Shown here: in pieces, positions 1-12,948 of the stretch | Layout: each line of letters begins with the position of its first letter | How positions within the stretch are numbered: position 1 is the first letter of the stretch | Origin: Stegostoma tigrinum | Lineage: Eukaryota | NCBI RefSeq assembly: GCF_030684315.1 | Contig: NC_081402.1 | Coordinates: 1,736,001 to 1,800,000 of the forward strand | Direction: 5' to 3' | DNA: 64,000 nucleotides | Position numbers and translations under genes: made by a program | Notes under the pieces: model-generated | The model's database searches: none | What the model was told of the DNA's origin: nothing | What the model saw: the letters and a program-made list of their open reading frames with translations, nothing else

Positions 1-249
1 AAAGTCTCAGTAAAAACTGCTGTATGGTCTTTTGGTACAGATCCTCCAATTCGGGTGCTCTCTGTGCACTGACAAACTTTCAAGCTGCTACTCGGGCATC
101 CATTTTAAATCTCTGAGCAGAAAGAGAGCGCCGTCTTCTAAAGGGACCGCGCAATGCTTTCCCCACGTAACGTTTACAAGCAGCAAATTCTAACTCCCTG
201 CCTCCCAATCCGCAAGTACTCGACCCAACTTTGCAACGAAAGCAGGCGG

Positions 250-870
250 GTGCAGTCAGTCTGGATTTCCTGAAGACTTTTGACAATGCGCCACATAGGA
301 GCTTGCCAAATAAGATGAGAGCCCATGGTGCTAGAGGCAAGGTACTGGCACGGATAGAGGATTGGCTGACTGGCAGAAAGTGGGCATAAACGTGTCTCTT
401 CCAAGATGGTGGGCGGTGACCAGTGGAGCTTCACAGTGTGGGCAGTGTAAGAGCCACAACTTTTCATGCTACACATTAACGATCTGTATGAAGGAACTGA
501 GGGGGACTACTGAAGATGACGCAAAGATAGGTGAGGGTCAAAGGTAGGGACAGGTGGTTTCGCGGAAGCCAGGAGGCTGCAGAAGGACTTGGACAGGCCG
601 GGGGGGTGGGCAAAGAAGTGGCAGAAGTGAAATACAGTGTGATAAAGCATGAAGCTGTGCATTTCGGAAGGAAGAATAGACGATTTTCCAATCACGGAAA
701 GGCTTTGGAAATCTGAAGCGCAGAGGGAGTCACAGTTCATGTTTCTCCTAAGATTAACGTACAGGCTCAGCGCTTGGGAAGGCAAATGTAATGTTCGCAT
801 TCATTTTGAGAGGGCTAGAGTGCGAGAGCGGGGAAGTGCTACCGAGGCTGCATTTGGCGTTTTGTCTAAG
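250..870 (+). mobile_element. Degenerate CR1 LINE RT fragment
   Basis: Decayed LDFxKAFDKVPH, WLxxRKQ, ADD and KCEVxHFGRKN-like CR1 ORF2 motifs. Confidence 0.7.
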
Positions 871-1046
871 GAAGGGCCTTTTTATCTCACCCTCCTGAGC
901 CAGTCCTGATTTTGTGGTGTCCCTCTGTCCAGACCCTGGTCTCTGTCTCTGTGTCTGAAGGCAGGCCGGGGATGGGGGTGGGGAGGGCGGGGAGTTTTTG
1001 CCGCAGGCGGTGACTGCTGCTCTCTCTCTTGATCCCCACTCAACAG

Positions 1047-1448
1047 GAATTGGAGATCCAGGCCCGTGTCCACGGTCTCTCGCTGAGCTCCCCCTCGGGC
1101 CTGAACACTGCCCAGCTGGCCGCCCAGGTCATCAAGCAGGAGCCGCAGAGCAGCCAGGCCACTGTTGATCCCCCAGCACTTGCCAGCATCCCCGAAGCAG
1201 CGGGTCCAAGCATGGACCTGGGCCTGGACCTGGGCCTGGGTATGACAGACCAGCCGCTTGGCTTCGACTCCCTCGCGGATTTGCCCTTCCCACTGAAGCT
1301 GGACTCTGGCCTGGGCGACATCCTAATGGACGACTCGCTGTCCCCAGTTGGAGCCACGGACCCTCTGCTGTCTTCAGTGTCTCCCGGAGCCTCAAAAGGC
1401 AGCAGTCGACGGGGTAGCATCTGTATGGAGGAAGAGCTGGGCTGTTAG
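1047..1448 (+). CDS. Terminal coding exon of a MiT/TFE-family transcription factor (TFE3/TFEB/MITF-like); upstream exons lie outside the window
   Basis: Polypyrimidine tract + CAACAG acceptor at 1041-1046, then ELEIQARVHGL...IKQEP...DILMDDSLSPVGATDPLLSSVSPGASKGSSRRGSICMEEE, the hallmark end of the leucine zipper and Ser-rich C-terminus of MiT/TFE proteins; TAG at 1446-1448. Paralog not resolvable from this exon. Confidence 0.9.
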   Translation, partial: ELEIQARVHGLSLSSPSGLNTAQLAAQVIKQEPQSSQATVDPPALASIPEAAGPSMDLGLDLGLGMTDQPLGFDSLADLPFPLKLDSGLGDILMDDSLSPVGATDPLLSSVSPGASKGSSRRGSICMEEELGC

Positions 1449-1484
1449 AGAGACTCAGACCCCACCAACTCAGCACAATCAACG

Positions 1485-1800
1485 ACCTTCTAGTAACTTC
1501 TCAAGAAGTCAGCAATCTTCTAGAATTTTTCAGACGCAGCCTTCTTCCAATTCAACAACCTTCTAGAAATTTCTGCATGTGTTGACCTTAGAGACACCCC
1601 CAGACATGCCAACACTCTTCTAGAAACATCTAAATTCTTCAGAAATCCTTCCAGAAGGCTCTAGACATGTCAGAAACTTCTTAGGAACTTCTAGGGGTGT
1701 CAGAAGCACCCGGGCAGCCCTCTGGAAGCTTCCGGAAATGTCAGCAATCTTCTAGCAGTGTCTGGAAACATCTGGGCGCGTGGCTAGCCTTCGAAAGACT
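1485..1800. repeat. Degenerate minisatellite rich in TTCTAGAA-like units (3' UTR)
   Basis: Recurrent gtcagcaatcttctag / ttctagaa / ttccagaa motifs. Confidence 0.5.
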
Positions 1801-2974
1801 TCACAAACCATCAACTCTGTTCAAAAAAAAAGCTTCCTCTGTTTTTATTTTTTTAGATGTTTAATTTCTGTTTTATTTTACTTTCATTTTAGTGAACTCG
1901 AATCTCTGGCAAGTCCGGAATTATGCCCGAAATTTAACAAACTTGAGGATCCCTTGCCGAGGGTCCCCTTGGGTCTTTTAAAGGGACAGTGCGCTTTTGT
2001 GATTATTCATTTATAATTTCTTTGGCCAGTGCAGTTCGGGGAAAGGCCGTCGCTATGGCCCGTTTCCTTTTCTTCAGCAGGGCTTTGTTTGGTCCTTTCT
2101 TGGTCCTGTCTCCATCCACCCCGTTCCTAAACAGAGCGGCCCAAGCCGCGTGTCCTCTGCCTGTGCAGTGCTCGCTGTGACCATTAACAGGAGCAAGAAA
2201 AGTCGCCACCAACTCTGTTCCACTAATCGGGGGAAAAAGCAGCACCACTCATCTGATTGAGGCCTCAACGCCATCTTCCCAGAATCCTTGACTCTTCGGT
2301 CAAAAATCTATCTAACTCAGCCTTGAATATACTTATTGACCCAGATGTGAACACTCTGTGGGACAAAATTCGTCCAGAGATGAAATTCCTCTTAGTTTTT
2401 GTCTTAAATGGGAGACCCCTTATTCTGAAACCGTGCTTCCTCATTTTAGACATCTCCCACGCAAGGGCAAGGGAGAGCATTGCTGTCGCTCTCAGTCTCG
2501 GCCTCTTTTCCCCCGCCTCCCCCTCCAGGACTTGAAATGTTTCAATGCGATCACCTCTCATTCTTCTCAACAGCCCGACCTGCTCACCCTTTCATGATCA
2601 GCCAAATGAACCTCGTCTGAACTGCGTCCAGTCCAAGTGTGTGTCCCCCCCCCTTGAGTAAGGTGACCGGAAATGTGTTGATATATCCAAGAGCTGGAGG
2701 GACTTGCAGGTGGATGAGGGGGAAACTGGCTGGAATTTGTAGCTCTGCTTGGGTTAAGCATCTCTGGGCTGGAGGGGATGGGGCAACAATGGGAGAGAAA
2801 CTCTTCTCTGTTAAACACCAGAGGGTGGCTAATGAACTGGGCCAGTGGACTGAAGCTATGCCAGCATGTACGTTGCAGAGATCATATAGTAACAGCACAA
2901 GCTCAATGAGCAAAGTATCATTTTCACCATGCCAGTGTTGCAGAATGGTCGGTATTTGTTTAACAGATCTGTAC

Positions 2975-2980
2975 AATAAA
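2975..2980 (+). promoter_or_regulatory. Candidate polyadenylation signal of the MiT/TFE gene
   Basis: TGTACAATAAA about 1.5 kb downstream of the stop codon. Confidence 0.5.
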
Positions 2981-4259
2981 ATTTTATACTCAGACTATTT
3001 GGCCTGACGTCTTCATTGACTTTGCAAGGGTGGGGAAAGTTGGCGGGGAGTTATTTGTGTATACCTGTAACAAGAGAGCACCAGTACATGTGCATTTTCT
3101 GTCATCATCAGGCTGTCAAAACCCAGCACCCTCAGTCTCTCTCTCTCTGCCCTCCCTTTCCTGGAACTGGCTGTTCACAGGCTGTCCTGCTGCAGATGTC
3201 CCTTTGACTGTTGGTGTGCTAAAAGTGGAAAGCTGAGGAAGCGATGCGGATCCTGCCATAGCCTAGAGGCTGTGAGAGCGGAACTGCGGATGGATTCCAG
3301 GTGTTAATGTGAGGCAGAGATCTTGGTAGACTGGATGCGGAAATGCTCTCGCTCCTGTGGAGGAGGGCAGAGTTAGGGGTTATGACTGGGAGTCAGTCGC
3401 TATCAAACCCGATTGGCAACTCCGAAGAAACTACTCGAAGCATGAGAATTGGAACTGTACTCCACAGGCAATGCTTGAGGTGAACTGTGCTGAATAAGCT
3501 CAGTGCAGAATCTGGAGGACCTCAAGGGGGCAAAAGGAATTGAAGGGTTTCCTGAAGGCTTTTGAGGCACTGTGCTACAATCTCCGGGCCAGGAGGCCAC
3601 AGTTCAACTCCCACCTATTCTAGAGGTGTTGATTTGAAAATGCTTAGACGAACGTGTTGAGAGGGTGAGTTGAGTGGAAGTAGAAAGATCTGTTTAGCAG
3701 AAACAGCAGGGAACAGAGCAAGGAACCCCCCACCCCACCCCATTTCCACACATGTTGCTGTTGATCTAATGCAGAAAATGTGGGTTTAGCTTTATTGTCA
3801 CATGAGTAATGTGAAACATTTGCGCATCTCTATTTAACATTGCCATCTTAGGCACCTCAGTACAGAATCTGAAGGACAGATTCTTAGGTTAGAAAAACAA
3901 GGGAATTAAAAATGAAGAGCAATGAGTTCAGAATAACAGCTCATCACCTCGAGGGCAGGAGGCAGAGTCTGCGTTGAGGCTGGGAGTCCATGTTGTCTCT
4001 CACCCTGAACGTTGCTGATGCTGCCCAAGAACAGGAGGTGCAAAGACACAGGGAGAGAAACAGATGAGCTCCAGCTCAGCCATCCTACTCTGTTACCATC
4101 TTGGAATGATCATTGTCCCCCGGTGATTGGTCTGAGGGCACTGTGGGTCTACCCACAGCAGGTGGACTACAGCGGTTCAAGAAGGCAGCTCACCACCATC
4201 TTCTCAAGGGGCAGGCAATAAATGCTGGACAGTTGGTGACACCTGTATCTCAGGAGTGA

Positions 4260-5040
4260 ATTAAAAACAAACTTGTCTCCCTAACATATTTGCATCTGTC
4301 CTCAAGTGGAAGCACCCGAGACTACGCAATACGTTCCAGCTTAGTTGTGAGAGGCCAGAGGGTTGGAGGAAAGGAGAGAGGGGACCAACACTCTGACAAA
4401 ATTCCAGACCTCCTGTGCAAAGGCATGTTCCAAATGGAGATGTGTAACAGAATGCTCGTTCCTGCGGTTGCTTGGAGATCAGCGTGCGGTGACGCAGAGT
4501 CCAGGCAAGTGTGATGGGCAGTGCCCTTCCTACCAACAGCCTGGCTATGTCTTGATGCTTGTTTGCAAGTTCTGGCCGTGAGATGTTCTGCCAAATGACC
4601 TTGCCAGTCTGCGCCCAGGAACCACCTGAAACGGTCATCCCTGAGTTTTTCTACAGGGTTTCGAGGACTTTATGTGCTGACCACTTCCTGATGAAGGGCG
4701 TCGTTGTTTTCAAATGTATCCACGAGGGACGGGCAACAGGCAACGGGTGAAGTATTTGGAGCGTTCCACGAGCAGACACTTCCCGTGTGACCCTGGGGGA
4801 AAGTAGAACCTCAGTACGTAGTGAGGGCGCGGAGGATCTACACACTGCTTGACGCTGTCATGCACAAAGTGGCCAGCATTTGGTGCCCCTTCCACCCTGC
4901 CCCTACTTATCCAGGGCTTTGTAGGTGGTGTCCTTGTGGATATGTTCCACCTTGGACCTCCAGATGAAGTGGAAAATGGCTCAGCTGACCACTATAGCTT
5001 GGGGAGTGGGCCAGACCTGCACCGCATAGGCCAAGTCTCC
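4260..5040 (-). mobile_element. Tx1/L1-like LINE 3' fragment
   Basis: Minus-strand frames give VIWQNISRPELANKHQDIARLLVGRALP and HYVLRFY, resembling the Tx1 ORF2 C-terminal region; homologous to 9160-9990. Confidence 0.6.
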
Positions 5041-5239
5041 TCTTGTAAGAGATGGATAGAGCTCTGAAAGAGATTGGAATCAAGGGTTATGGGGATAAGG
5101 CAGGAACAGGATACTGATAGTGGATGATCAGCCACGATCATAATGAATGGTGGTGCAGGCTCAAAGGGCCGAATGGCCTACTCCAGCACTTATTGTCTAT
5201 CGTATAGCAGCAGTGAGTATGTTTCGTACCCAATGACCA

Positions 5240-8030
5240 ATTTTTAGGTGACATGGGGAGGAAGCAGTTCTCTCCACTGCTCGGTTTCTGCCTCACCTTG
5301 TAGCATGCGGCCTGGTCCCTCTCCAGATCTTTTGGTAACCTTACCTGACGTTGAAGGGGTTGGAAGGATCAGTAGGCCCAGTTTCCAAAGAACATGCCTC
5401 GATGTATCTCGGCTCCCGAACTGGTCACGTGCTCGCGATTCTGCGCTCTGGATCCGAGCAGAAAGCGTCATCCACGTACAGGGGGGCTTTGGCCCGCTGC
5501 CTGGAACAGTCGCCCCTCCCAGGCTTGCATCTTCCTCCATGGGCTCGGCAACAAACTATGCAACAAGGCGGGAGACCTTTTCCTGACTCCACAACTGATC
5601 GGAAAGCTTTCACATTCCCACCCCGTCATTAGACTGTTCGTGTGGAGCAGTTAGGTCCCGATTGCAAATTCCGTCCCCTCAGGCCCGTCTTGGAGAATGC
5701 GTCCCACATGCACGCGTAGTTGGTTTTCTGGGGTGGCCGGTATTCCTCCCAGCTTTGTTTCGCAGCGGTTTGTACAGGGGGTCGAATTCAATGTGATTGT
5801 TGACGGAGTTCTGGTTGGAACTCCGGACGTTGGACGCCTTCATGGCCGAGATCGACAAATTCTTGATCTCGGAAGGAATCGAGGGCTACGGGGAGAGTGC
5901 AGGGAAGTGGTGTTGAAATGCCCATCAGCCATGGTTTAAATGGGGGAGTGGACTTGATGGGCCGAATGGCCTTACTTCCACTCCTATGTCTTATGGTCTT
6001 ATGGAATGCCAGGCCTCCAGGAATGTCTCTGTTTGGCTTGTGCTGTTATGGATGTGTTGTTCCAGTCAAATTTGCGTCCTCCTTTGTCTGTGTATATGGA
6101 GAATTAGTTGTGTCTCTTGGTGTTCATGTATCTTTATTGCCAGTTTTCTTCCAGTTTGGCCTATGTAATGTTTCCTCTCAGTCCTTGTATGATATTTTGT
6201 ACATTACATTAGTTTTATTGGTGTTGGGTTGTAGGGTCCTTGACATTCATCAGTAGTTGTCACAGGGAAGTTATTGGTTTGTGGGCTATCTTGATAGCAA
6301 AGAGTCTGGGTAGTCTTCATAGAATCCCTACAGTGTAGGAACAGGCCCTTAAGCTCAAAAGGCCCGGACCGACCCTTGCAGCATCCCACCCAGACCCATT
6401 CCCCTATACCCCACCTAAGCTACACATCCCTGAACACTGCGGGCAATTTAGCGTGACCCATCCACCTAACTTAATCTTTGGACTGTGGGAGGAAACCTGA
6501 GCACCCGGAGGAAACCCACGCAGACATGGGGAGAACGTGCAAACTCCACGCAGACAGGGTGGGATCGAGCCTGGCTCCCTGGCACCTGTGAGGCTGCAGC
6601 GCCAATCGCTGAGCCACCGTGCCACCCCATGGTCATCTCTGACATATCCCTGATGTGTGGGTAGGGAGACTAGCGTCCTGGCCGTCGTGTGCCTTCTTGC
6701 TGCGGTCTGTCGCAGAAGTAATGGCAGACTGTGCGCTTTGGGTAGCCATCCCTCTTAAAAACTCCAGGTGAGTGATCCTGCTCCACTTTGTGCAATCACA
6801 GATTGCTGCAGTGTGCAGTGGCTCATTTCGATAACGTCTTGGAGCAGCTCCATTTGTGGGTTTTGGGGTGGTACCGGTCCCTATGTGTTGTCTTTCTGTT
6901 CATGCTGGCCTGGAGTTCCCCAGCATTCTTACATTCCACCATTATGCCTTGGAAGGGTTGTCAGTTGCTTTCTTCTTTTGTGAATTTTATCCCGGTGAGG
7001 ATGTTGTTTCTGCGTTGATGAGTTTCTTCCAGACTAGTGCGTTTGATAACCACAAAGGTGTCATCCGCATATTGGACCCAGAGTTTGGGTTGTATGGTGG
7101 GGAGCACTGACCATTCTAACCTTGGCATTACCGTTCCCAACACCAGTCTTCATGTTGGGTATCCCACTGGTGTTGTGTTCATTTGTTTAATTATACGGCC
7201 ATTGAACGTGAAGTGGATTGTGAGGCGCAGATCCACTAGTTTCAGGGTGCTGTCCTTGTTGATGCTGTCAACGTCGTGGGGTGCCTGCCATCCCGAATTG
7301 CCCAGCAGTGTAGCAGTCGGCCCTGGCTAGTCGCTGTTTATGGATGGAAACGGGGCCGCGATACCATTATCTCGTCTTCCTCTACTCTGGTGTCTTTGAT
7401 AATGTTGAGGAATTCTTGGGAGGAGTGGATGGAGTGGGCACTGCTGTCAACTAAGTATTTCAGTTTCCATTGTAGTTCTTTGACTCGTCTATATGTTACT
7501 GTAACATAAAGTGTGGGGCTGGATGAACACAGCAGGCCAAGCAGCTTCTTAGGAGCACGAAAGCTGACGTTTCGGGCCTTGACCCTTCATCCGAAAAATT
7601 GGAGTGCCTGGTAGTGAGACAATGGGTCTGAGGGGGGTCCTGGCTTGTGTACCTTAAGGAGCCCATGGAAGCAGGGTGTGCTGGATCCCTCTGGCTTCAG
7701 TTTTTGGTATTCTGTCTTGCTGACATCTCCGGAAGTGAGAGGACCTGGTTCGCTAACTGTGGTGTGGGGTCTATCACCATCTGTTGGTATGTGCTGGTAG
7801 TGCATTGGTTTTCTCGATGTATTGAGCTCTAATAAGGATTACTGTCATGCGTTCTTTGTTTAACAGTAGGATTACGATGTCCTTGTCTTTCTTGAGTCTT
7901 TCGAGGGCTTGCTTCTGGTCTGTGTTGAATGTGTTCCACTTAGCTTTTCTGACCCATGTTGGGACTGTCATCTGTCTGACGGCCTGTTGCATTTCGTCCA
8001 TGAGTCCACAACCAACAACTACCCTGCGAC
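5240..8030 (-). mobile_element. Fragmented Penelope-like (Poseidon-type) RT remnants interrupted by SINE/CR1/pLTR insertions
   Basis: QPKLWVQYADDTFVVIK (6961-7143), LYVDDAF (5425-5613), FHGLLKVHKPG (7587-7805), degenerate DKG region (7774-8001). Confidence 0.7.
6321..6628 (-). mobile_element. HE1-like tRNA-derived SINE
   Basis: tRNA-like head (GGTGGCACGGTGGCTCAG), central GGAGTTTGCACGTTCTCCCC core, CR1-like tail. Confidence 0.8.
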
Positions 8031-8034
8031 TGAC

Positions 8035-8400
8035 CCCTTACCCATCACCAATAAAACTAATGTAATATACAAAATATCATGCAAGGACAAAAACTGGCAA
8101 TAAAGATACATGAACACCAGCGAGCTACCAAGAGACACGACTAATTCTCACTGGTCTCTATACACACAGACAAAGAAGGACGCGAATTTGACAGGGACAA
8201 CACATCCATCAGAGCACAAGCCAAGCAGAGGCATGCCAGGGAATCCCTGGAGGCTTCCATCAACCAGCACATTGAATTAGACCCCGTGTACAACCACTGA
8301 GAAACAAAACTGGGAGGAATACTGGCCACACCCAGAAAACCGAGGCATATCAATGCAAACGGGACAGAACACCAATGCTCTGCCGGATGTACACGGACGA
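8035..8400 (+). mobile_element. Penelope-like GIY-YIG endonuclease remnant
   Basis: TNVIYKISCKD, EHQRATKRHD and HIELDPVY motifs. Confidence 0.6.
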
Positions 8401-8654
8401 TGTTACGTAGTGAGCCTGCAATCAAGCACACCACCGGCTCGGCGAGCAAGTCTACAACCGCAGGAAGGTCCGGCTCAGGGGGGTCGTGCCCTGAATCCTT
8501 CAGAGCTGTTGTTGTGCTCTGTTCCTGGTTCGGTCCATCGCTGCTCCCAGTAGCCCAGAGCCATTGTGCGATCGATATTCCGCGGTTCCTGACATCAGGA
8601 GGTGGGGGTTTACCTGGGGCCCTTCCTATGTATGGCATTTCCAGACTGGGGATG

Positions 8655-9040
8655 GTGTGAAGTTGCTGATTTGCTTGTTTCTGTTCAGAAGTCTCATCTC
8701 CGTCCTAGGTGACATCGTCAGTGGAGCCTCTGATGAAGCGGTGTTATTCTACTCGGCTTGGAATTTACACTGTCCGGTCCGTTATGGTGAGCATTGTAAT
8801 TTCCAGTTTTGATCTGTACAGGTTTATACATGGGGTCCAATTCGACATGTTTGTTGATCAAACTATGGGTGGAGACCCTTGTCTCTAGGAATTCCCGTGC
8901 GTGTTTATGTTCGGTTTGGGCGACTATGTTTACCTTGTCCCAGTTAAACTGATGGCCTTCGTTGTTTGATTGTACTGATATGGAGGAGTTTGAGGATATT
9001 AAGGCAATGTTGTGCCTCTTTCCTTGGTGATTTGCCACTT
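8655..9040 (-). mobile_element. Penelope-like endonuclease C-terminal remnant with decayed terminal hammerhead-like motif
   Basis: ORF 8718-9038 HQFNWDKVNIVAQ..HAREFLE..INKHVELDPMYKP; followed by CACTGACGATGTCACCTAG on the minus strand. Confidence 0.6.
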
Positions 9041-9159
9041 TTTGTTTTGTTTATAATTGTTATCCCTCACATCTTTGCTCCCTCACTTAGCCACCGGATT
9101 AAGCTGTAGCTTAATGCTGCTCACCCTGCTTAACAAAGCCCGATGCTCACCAAAGCCCA

Positions 9160-9990
9160 CATCTTTTAATTTCAAAAATGTACTTTAGTCACAAAGATAT
9201 CTTTATATGCGATACATATATACTGAAGCCGTTCAGTTCATTTAAGTAGCATATGAAGGAACAAACAAACAAACATTGGAGTTTCACTCTATCCAACAAA
9301 CAAAGCAAAGGCATTTCTTACCTGTGCAAGATTATATTGACATGGTGCAATAACCGAATCAGCCCCCATTTACCTTCAGTGGGAAGATCTCAGACAGCGG
9401 TCTTTCCCCACTGCGCTTTGGTAGTAGCTGACACAAGCTTTAGCGCGTCCCTCAGTGCGTCATCCTGGGCCTTGGAATGTGCCAGTCTGCAACACTCGGT
9501 CAGGGTCAACTCCTTGCTCTGGAAAACTGGCAACTTTCAGGCAGACCAAACGTGGTCTTTCACCGACTTGATGGCCCTCCAGGCGCAGTCGATGTTTGTC
9601 TCAGGGCACGTCCTGGGAAACTGATGGTAGAGCACAGAGTCCCGTGTCCCAGGACTGCTGGGATGATCCGCAGCAAAAAAGCATCGCATCGTTCTCTCTT
9701 GCCAAGGTGCTTCCCAGCAGGAGGTGTGTGACATTTTCTAACTGCACCATTCCCACCATCGCCACTTCGAGAGCAGCGTGCTGGGCCACAGGCATGCTTG
9801 GGCGTACAAGGAGGATCTCACAGGTAGTGCCCTTCTCACTACCATCCAAGTGATGTCTTGTCGCTTGTTGGAAAGTTCTGGTGATGGCTTTGACAGTCTG
9901 CTCAGGAAACAACCCAACAGAATCCACTTTCCCCTTTCCCACAGGGTCTTGCAGAAACTACGTGCTGACCGCTTCCTGATGGAGTTCTCC
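9160..9990 (-). mobile_element. Tx1/L1-like LINE 3' fragment
   Basis: FPRTCPETNIDCAWRAIKSVKDHVWSA and VTHLLL (zinc-knuckle region) in shifted frames; A-rich 3' end. Confidence 0.65.
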
Positions 9991-11554
9991 TTGAAGGGCA
10001 GATGTTATGGGAGGGTCTGAATGCTTGGACCATTCCTTGGCAATGAATCCAGAGTTATGCTTCGAAACACTGGGGACAGGTGCCACCTCATCGAAGCCAG
10101 ATTTTGACCTCAAATGGCAACATTTCAACCTCACTGTGAACTTTGCTGCTTCTGAGTCACAGCCTCTGTGACCCCCTTCTCGGCCATGGTAAGAATTGTT
10201 CTTAGTCATCTCTCTCTCTCTCTCTACCACCCTGGTTCACCTATCCTTCCTATCACATCAAGAAACACTGAACATTCAGTTCCTGCTCTTCCTCAAGCCA
10301 TGTTTTTGTCATAATTCTACTTCCATGAGGCATTCCGAGCCGACAGCTCACCAATCTTACTTGCTGTACTCTGTACCGTAACATACTCACAGTTGACCCC
10401 TTGTGTAGGATCTTGGAGCGGACAATCAGCATGTGGAATTAACTAGGGCAGAGCCTGTGAATAGCAACAAATGAGAATAGAATCTCGACAAGTGTGGAAG
10501 CAAGCCGCTCAGCCCATCGAGTCCATACCAACTCCCAAAAGAACATCTCACCAAGACCAGCCCTATCCCAGTAGCCCTGCATTTCAATAGACAATAGGTG
10601 CTGGAGTAGGCCTTTCGGCCCTTCGAGCCAGCACCACCATTCATTATGATCCCACGCCAAACCCACCCAAGCCCTCACATCCCTGGACTCTGGTAGCTTG
10701 GCCAATATATCTGAATTGCACATCTTCAGACAGTGGGAAGAAACCCCTGAGGGGGATAAGCAAACCCCACACAGACCATCACCCAAGGCTGGAACTCATC
10801 CTGGGTCCCTGGTGGTGTGAGGCAGCAGTGCTAACCGCTCATTCATTGTGCCACCCTTCGATGAGCTGTTTGAGGACCACCAAACAAAGAGGAAATGCAA
10901 GCAATGTTATAAATCAGGAAAATTGAGGCGTATGTAACAATACAATAAACATAGAGGACGACAAAATGTGAGGCTGGAGGAACACAGCAGGCCAAGCAGC
11001 ATCTCAGGAGCACAAAAGCTGACGTTTCGGGCCTGGACCCTTAGAGGATTTAGTTTACTCGTAAATCACTGTGAAGGTAATTGGCACTAATGCTATAAAG
11101 GACAAAATGCTGGAATTTATTTGAGATGGTTTTTGAGAATAATATAGTGAGAAGCAAATGAGAGACTAGGTTATTTTAGACCCATCGCTGGCCAATGAGG
11201 AAGAACTAATCATTAATCTCATTGTAAAAGGACATCTAGGAAAGAGGTGTTACCTGTGTAATGTTGTTGAGACTGGTAGACACGCATTTCTCCAAGTAGA
11301 AGCACCAGAATGGACAGCACCACCAGGACGGAAACAAGGGCCAGCCAAGGAAGAGCTGGCAAAGTGCATTTAAGGAGAGCCTTTGAGACCAGGATGAAAT
11401 GTCGGTGGGAGCAAAAGAGATTGCGATAGACCAATACTGGTCATGGTGTCTTGCTGCCTGTTGCAGAACCTAAAGAACTTACTTCAAATCTAACCTTCCT
11501 TCTGGGAATGCAGGCATCATTGGCTGGGCATGCATTTAGTGTCCATCCATTGGA

Positions 11555-12185
11555 CGGGTTTGGGACTTGTGCCTTTATTGGTCAGTGCATTGAGTACAAG
11601 AGTTGGGAGGGTCATGTTACAGATGCACAGGGCATTGATGAGGCCGCTTTTGGAACACTGCATGCAATTCTGGTCTCCCTTCTGTAGGAAGGATGTTGTG
11701 AAACTTGAAAGGGGTCAGAAAAGATCTATGAGAATGTTGCCAGCGTCAGAGGGCTTGAGCTAGAGGGAGAAGCTAAATAGGCTTAAGCTATTTTCCCTGG
11801 AGCACCCGAGGCTGAGGGGGTGACCTTATAGAGGTTTATAAAATCATGAGGGGCATGGATATGAGGGTAAATAGATGAGGTCTTTCCCCCCAGGGTGGGG
11901 GGAGTCCAAAACCAGAAGGCGTAGGTTTAAGATGGGGGTGGTGGGGGAAGATATAAAAGAGACCTAAGAGCCAACTTTTTCGTGCAGTGGGTGATATGCA
12001 TATGGAACCAGCTGCCAGAGGAAGTGGTGGAGGCTGGTACAATTACAACATTTAAAAGACATCTGGATGGGTACAGAGATAGGAAGGGGTAGAGGGATAT
12101 GGGTCAAATGGGGTTAGATTAGTTTAGGGTATCTGGCCGGTATGGACGAGTTGGGCTGTACATCTCCATGACTCTGTGACTCTAC
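11555..12185 (+). mobile_element. CR1 LINE 3' fragment
   Basis: ALMRPLLEHCMQFWSP..KDVVKLERGQKR..MLP, CR1 3' UTR. Confidence 0.85.
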
Positions 12186-12634
12186 GATTGTCTTATGAAG
12201 AAAGGCATACAGCTTGGGACCCTACTCATTAGAGTTTCGGGAAAAAGACAGGGGTGCATGTAGCTTCTGAGTGGTCCTAACGCCAACCTCAACGTGACCT
12301 CCTTGGCTTCAGTGGAGGCAAAATGGTGCTGAAAAGTAGTGACTTTCATTCCAGTGGCAGTGCTGAGGCATAGTGGATTTGTGCTTGGCTACCAAACCCA
12401 TGCCCCATGGCAGGGCACTTCTGTGTTTTAAGATGGCACCGGGCAGTGAACAACACTTTGTAAGAAAATTCACGTGGCAATGAATCAAAATCAAATCAAA
12501 AGTCAGAGGTGATATCCTTGAAACGAAAGATTCACGAGGGGTTGACAGGTTCCCGCCGAGAGGATGCTTCCCCTCACAGAGACTGAGATGAGGAATTTCT
12601 TCTGTCAGAGGGGTGTGAATCTTTAGGATTGCTT

Positions 12635-12948
12635 GGCAGCACAGTGGCTCAGTGGTTAGCCCTGCAGCCTCACAGCGCCAGGGACCTGGGTTCGATTCTA
12701 GCCTCGTGCGACTGTCTGTGTGGAGTTTGCACATTCTCCCCGTATCTGTGTGTGTTTCCTCTGGGTGCTCCGGTTTCCTCCCACAGTTCAAAGATGTGCT
12801 GACTAGGGTGGATCGGCCATGCTAAATTGCCTGTAGTGCTCAGGGGTGTGTGGGTGATAGGGGGATGGGTCTGGGTGGGATGCTCCAAGGGGCGGTGTGG
12901 ACTTGCTGGGCCAGAGGGCCTGTTTCCACCCTGTAGGGAATCTAATCT
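12635..12948 (+). mobile_element. HE1-like tRNA-derived SINE
   Basis: A box TGGCTCAGTGG, B box GGTTCGATTC, conserved core and TCTAA tail. Confidence 0.85.

Noticed and set aside
1-240. Similarity to 18440-18680
   Set aside because: Diverged match best explained by a dispersed LTR-like repeat or old local duplication; no functional evidence.
12635-12710. tRNA-like sequence with A and B boxes (also near 6560-6628, 19550-19625, 39889, 43174)
   Set aside because: These are heads of HE1-type SINEs followed by SINE core and tail, not tRNA genes.
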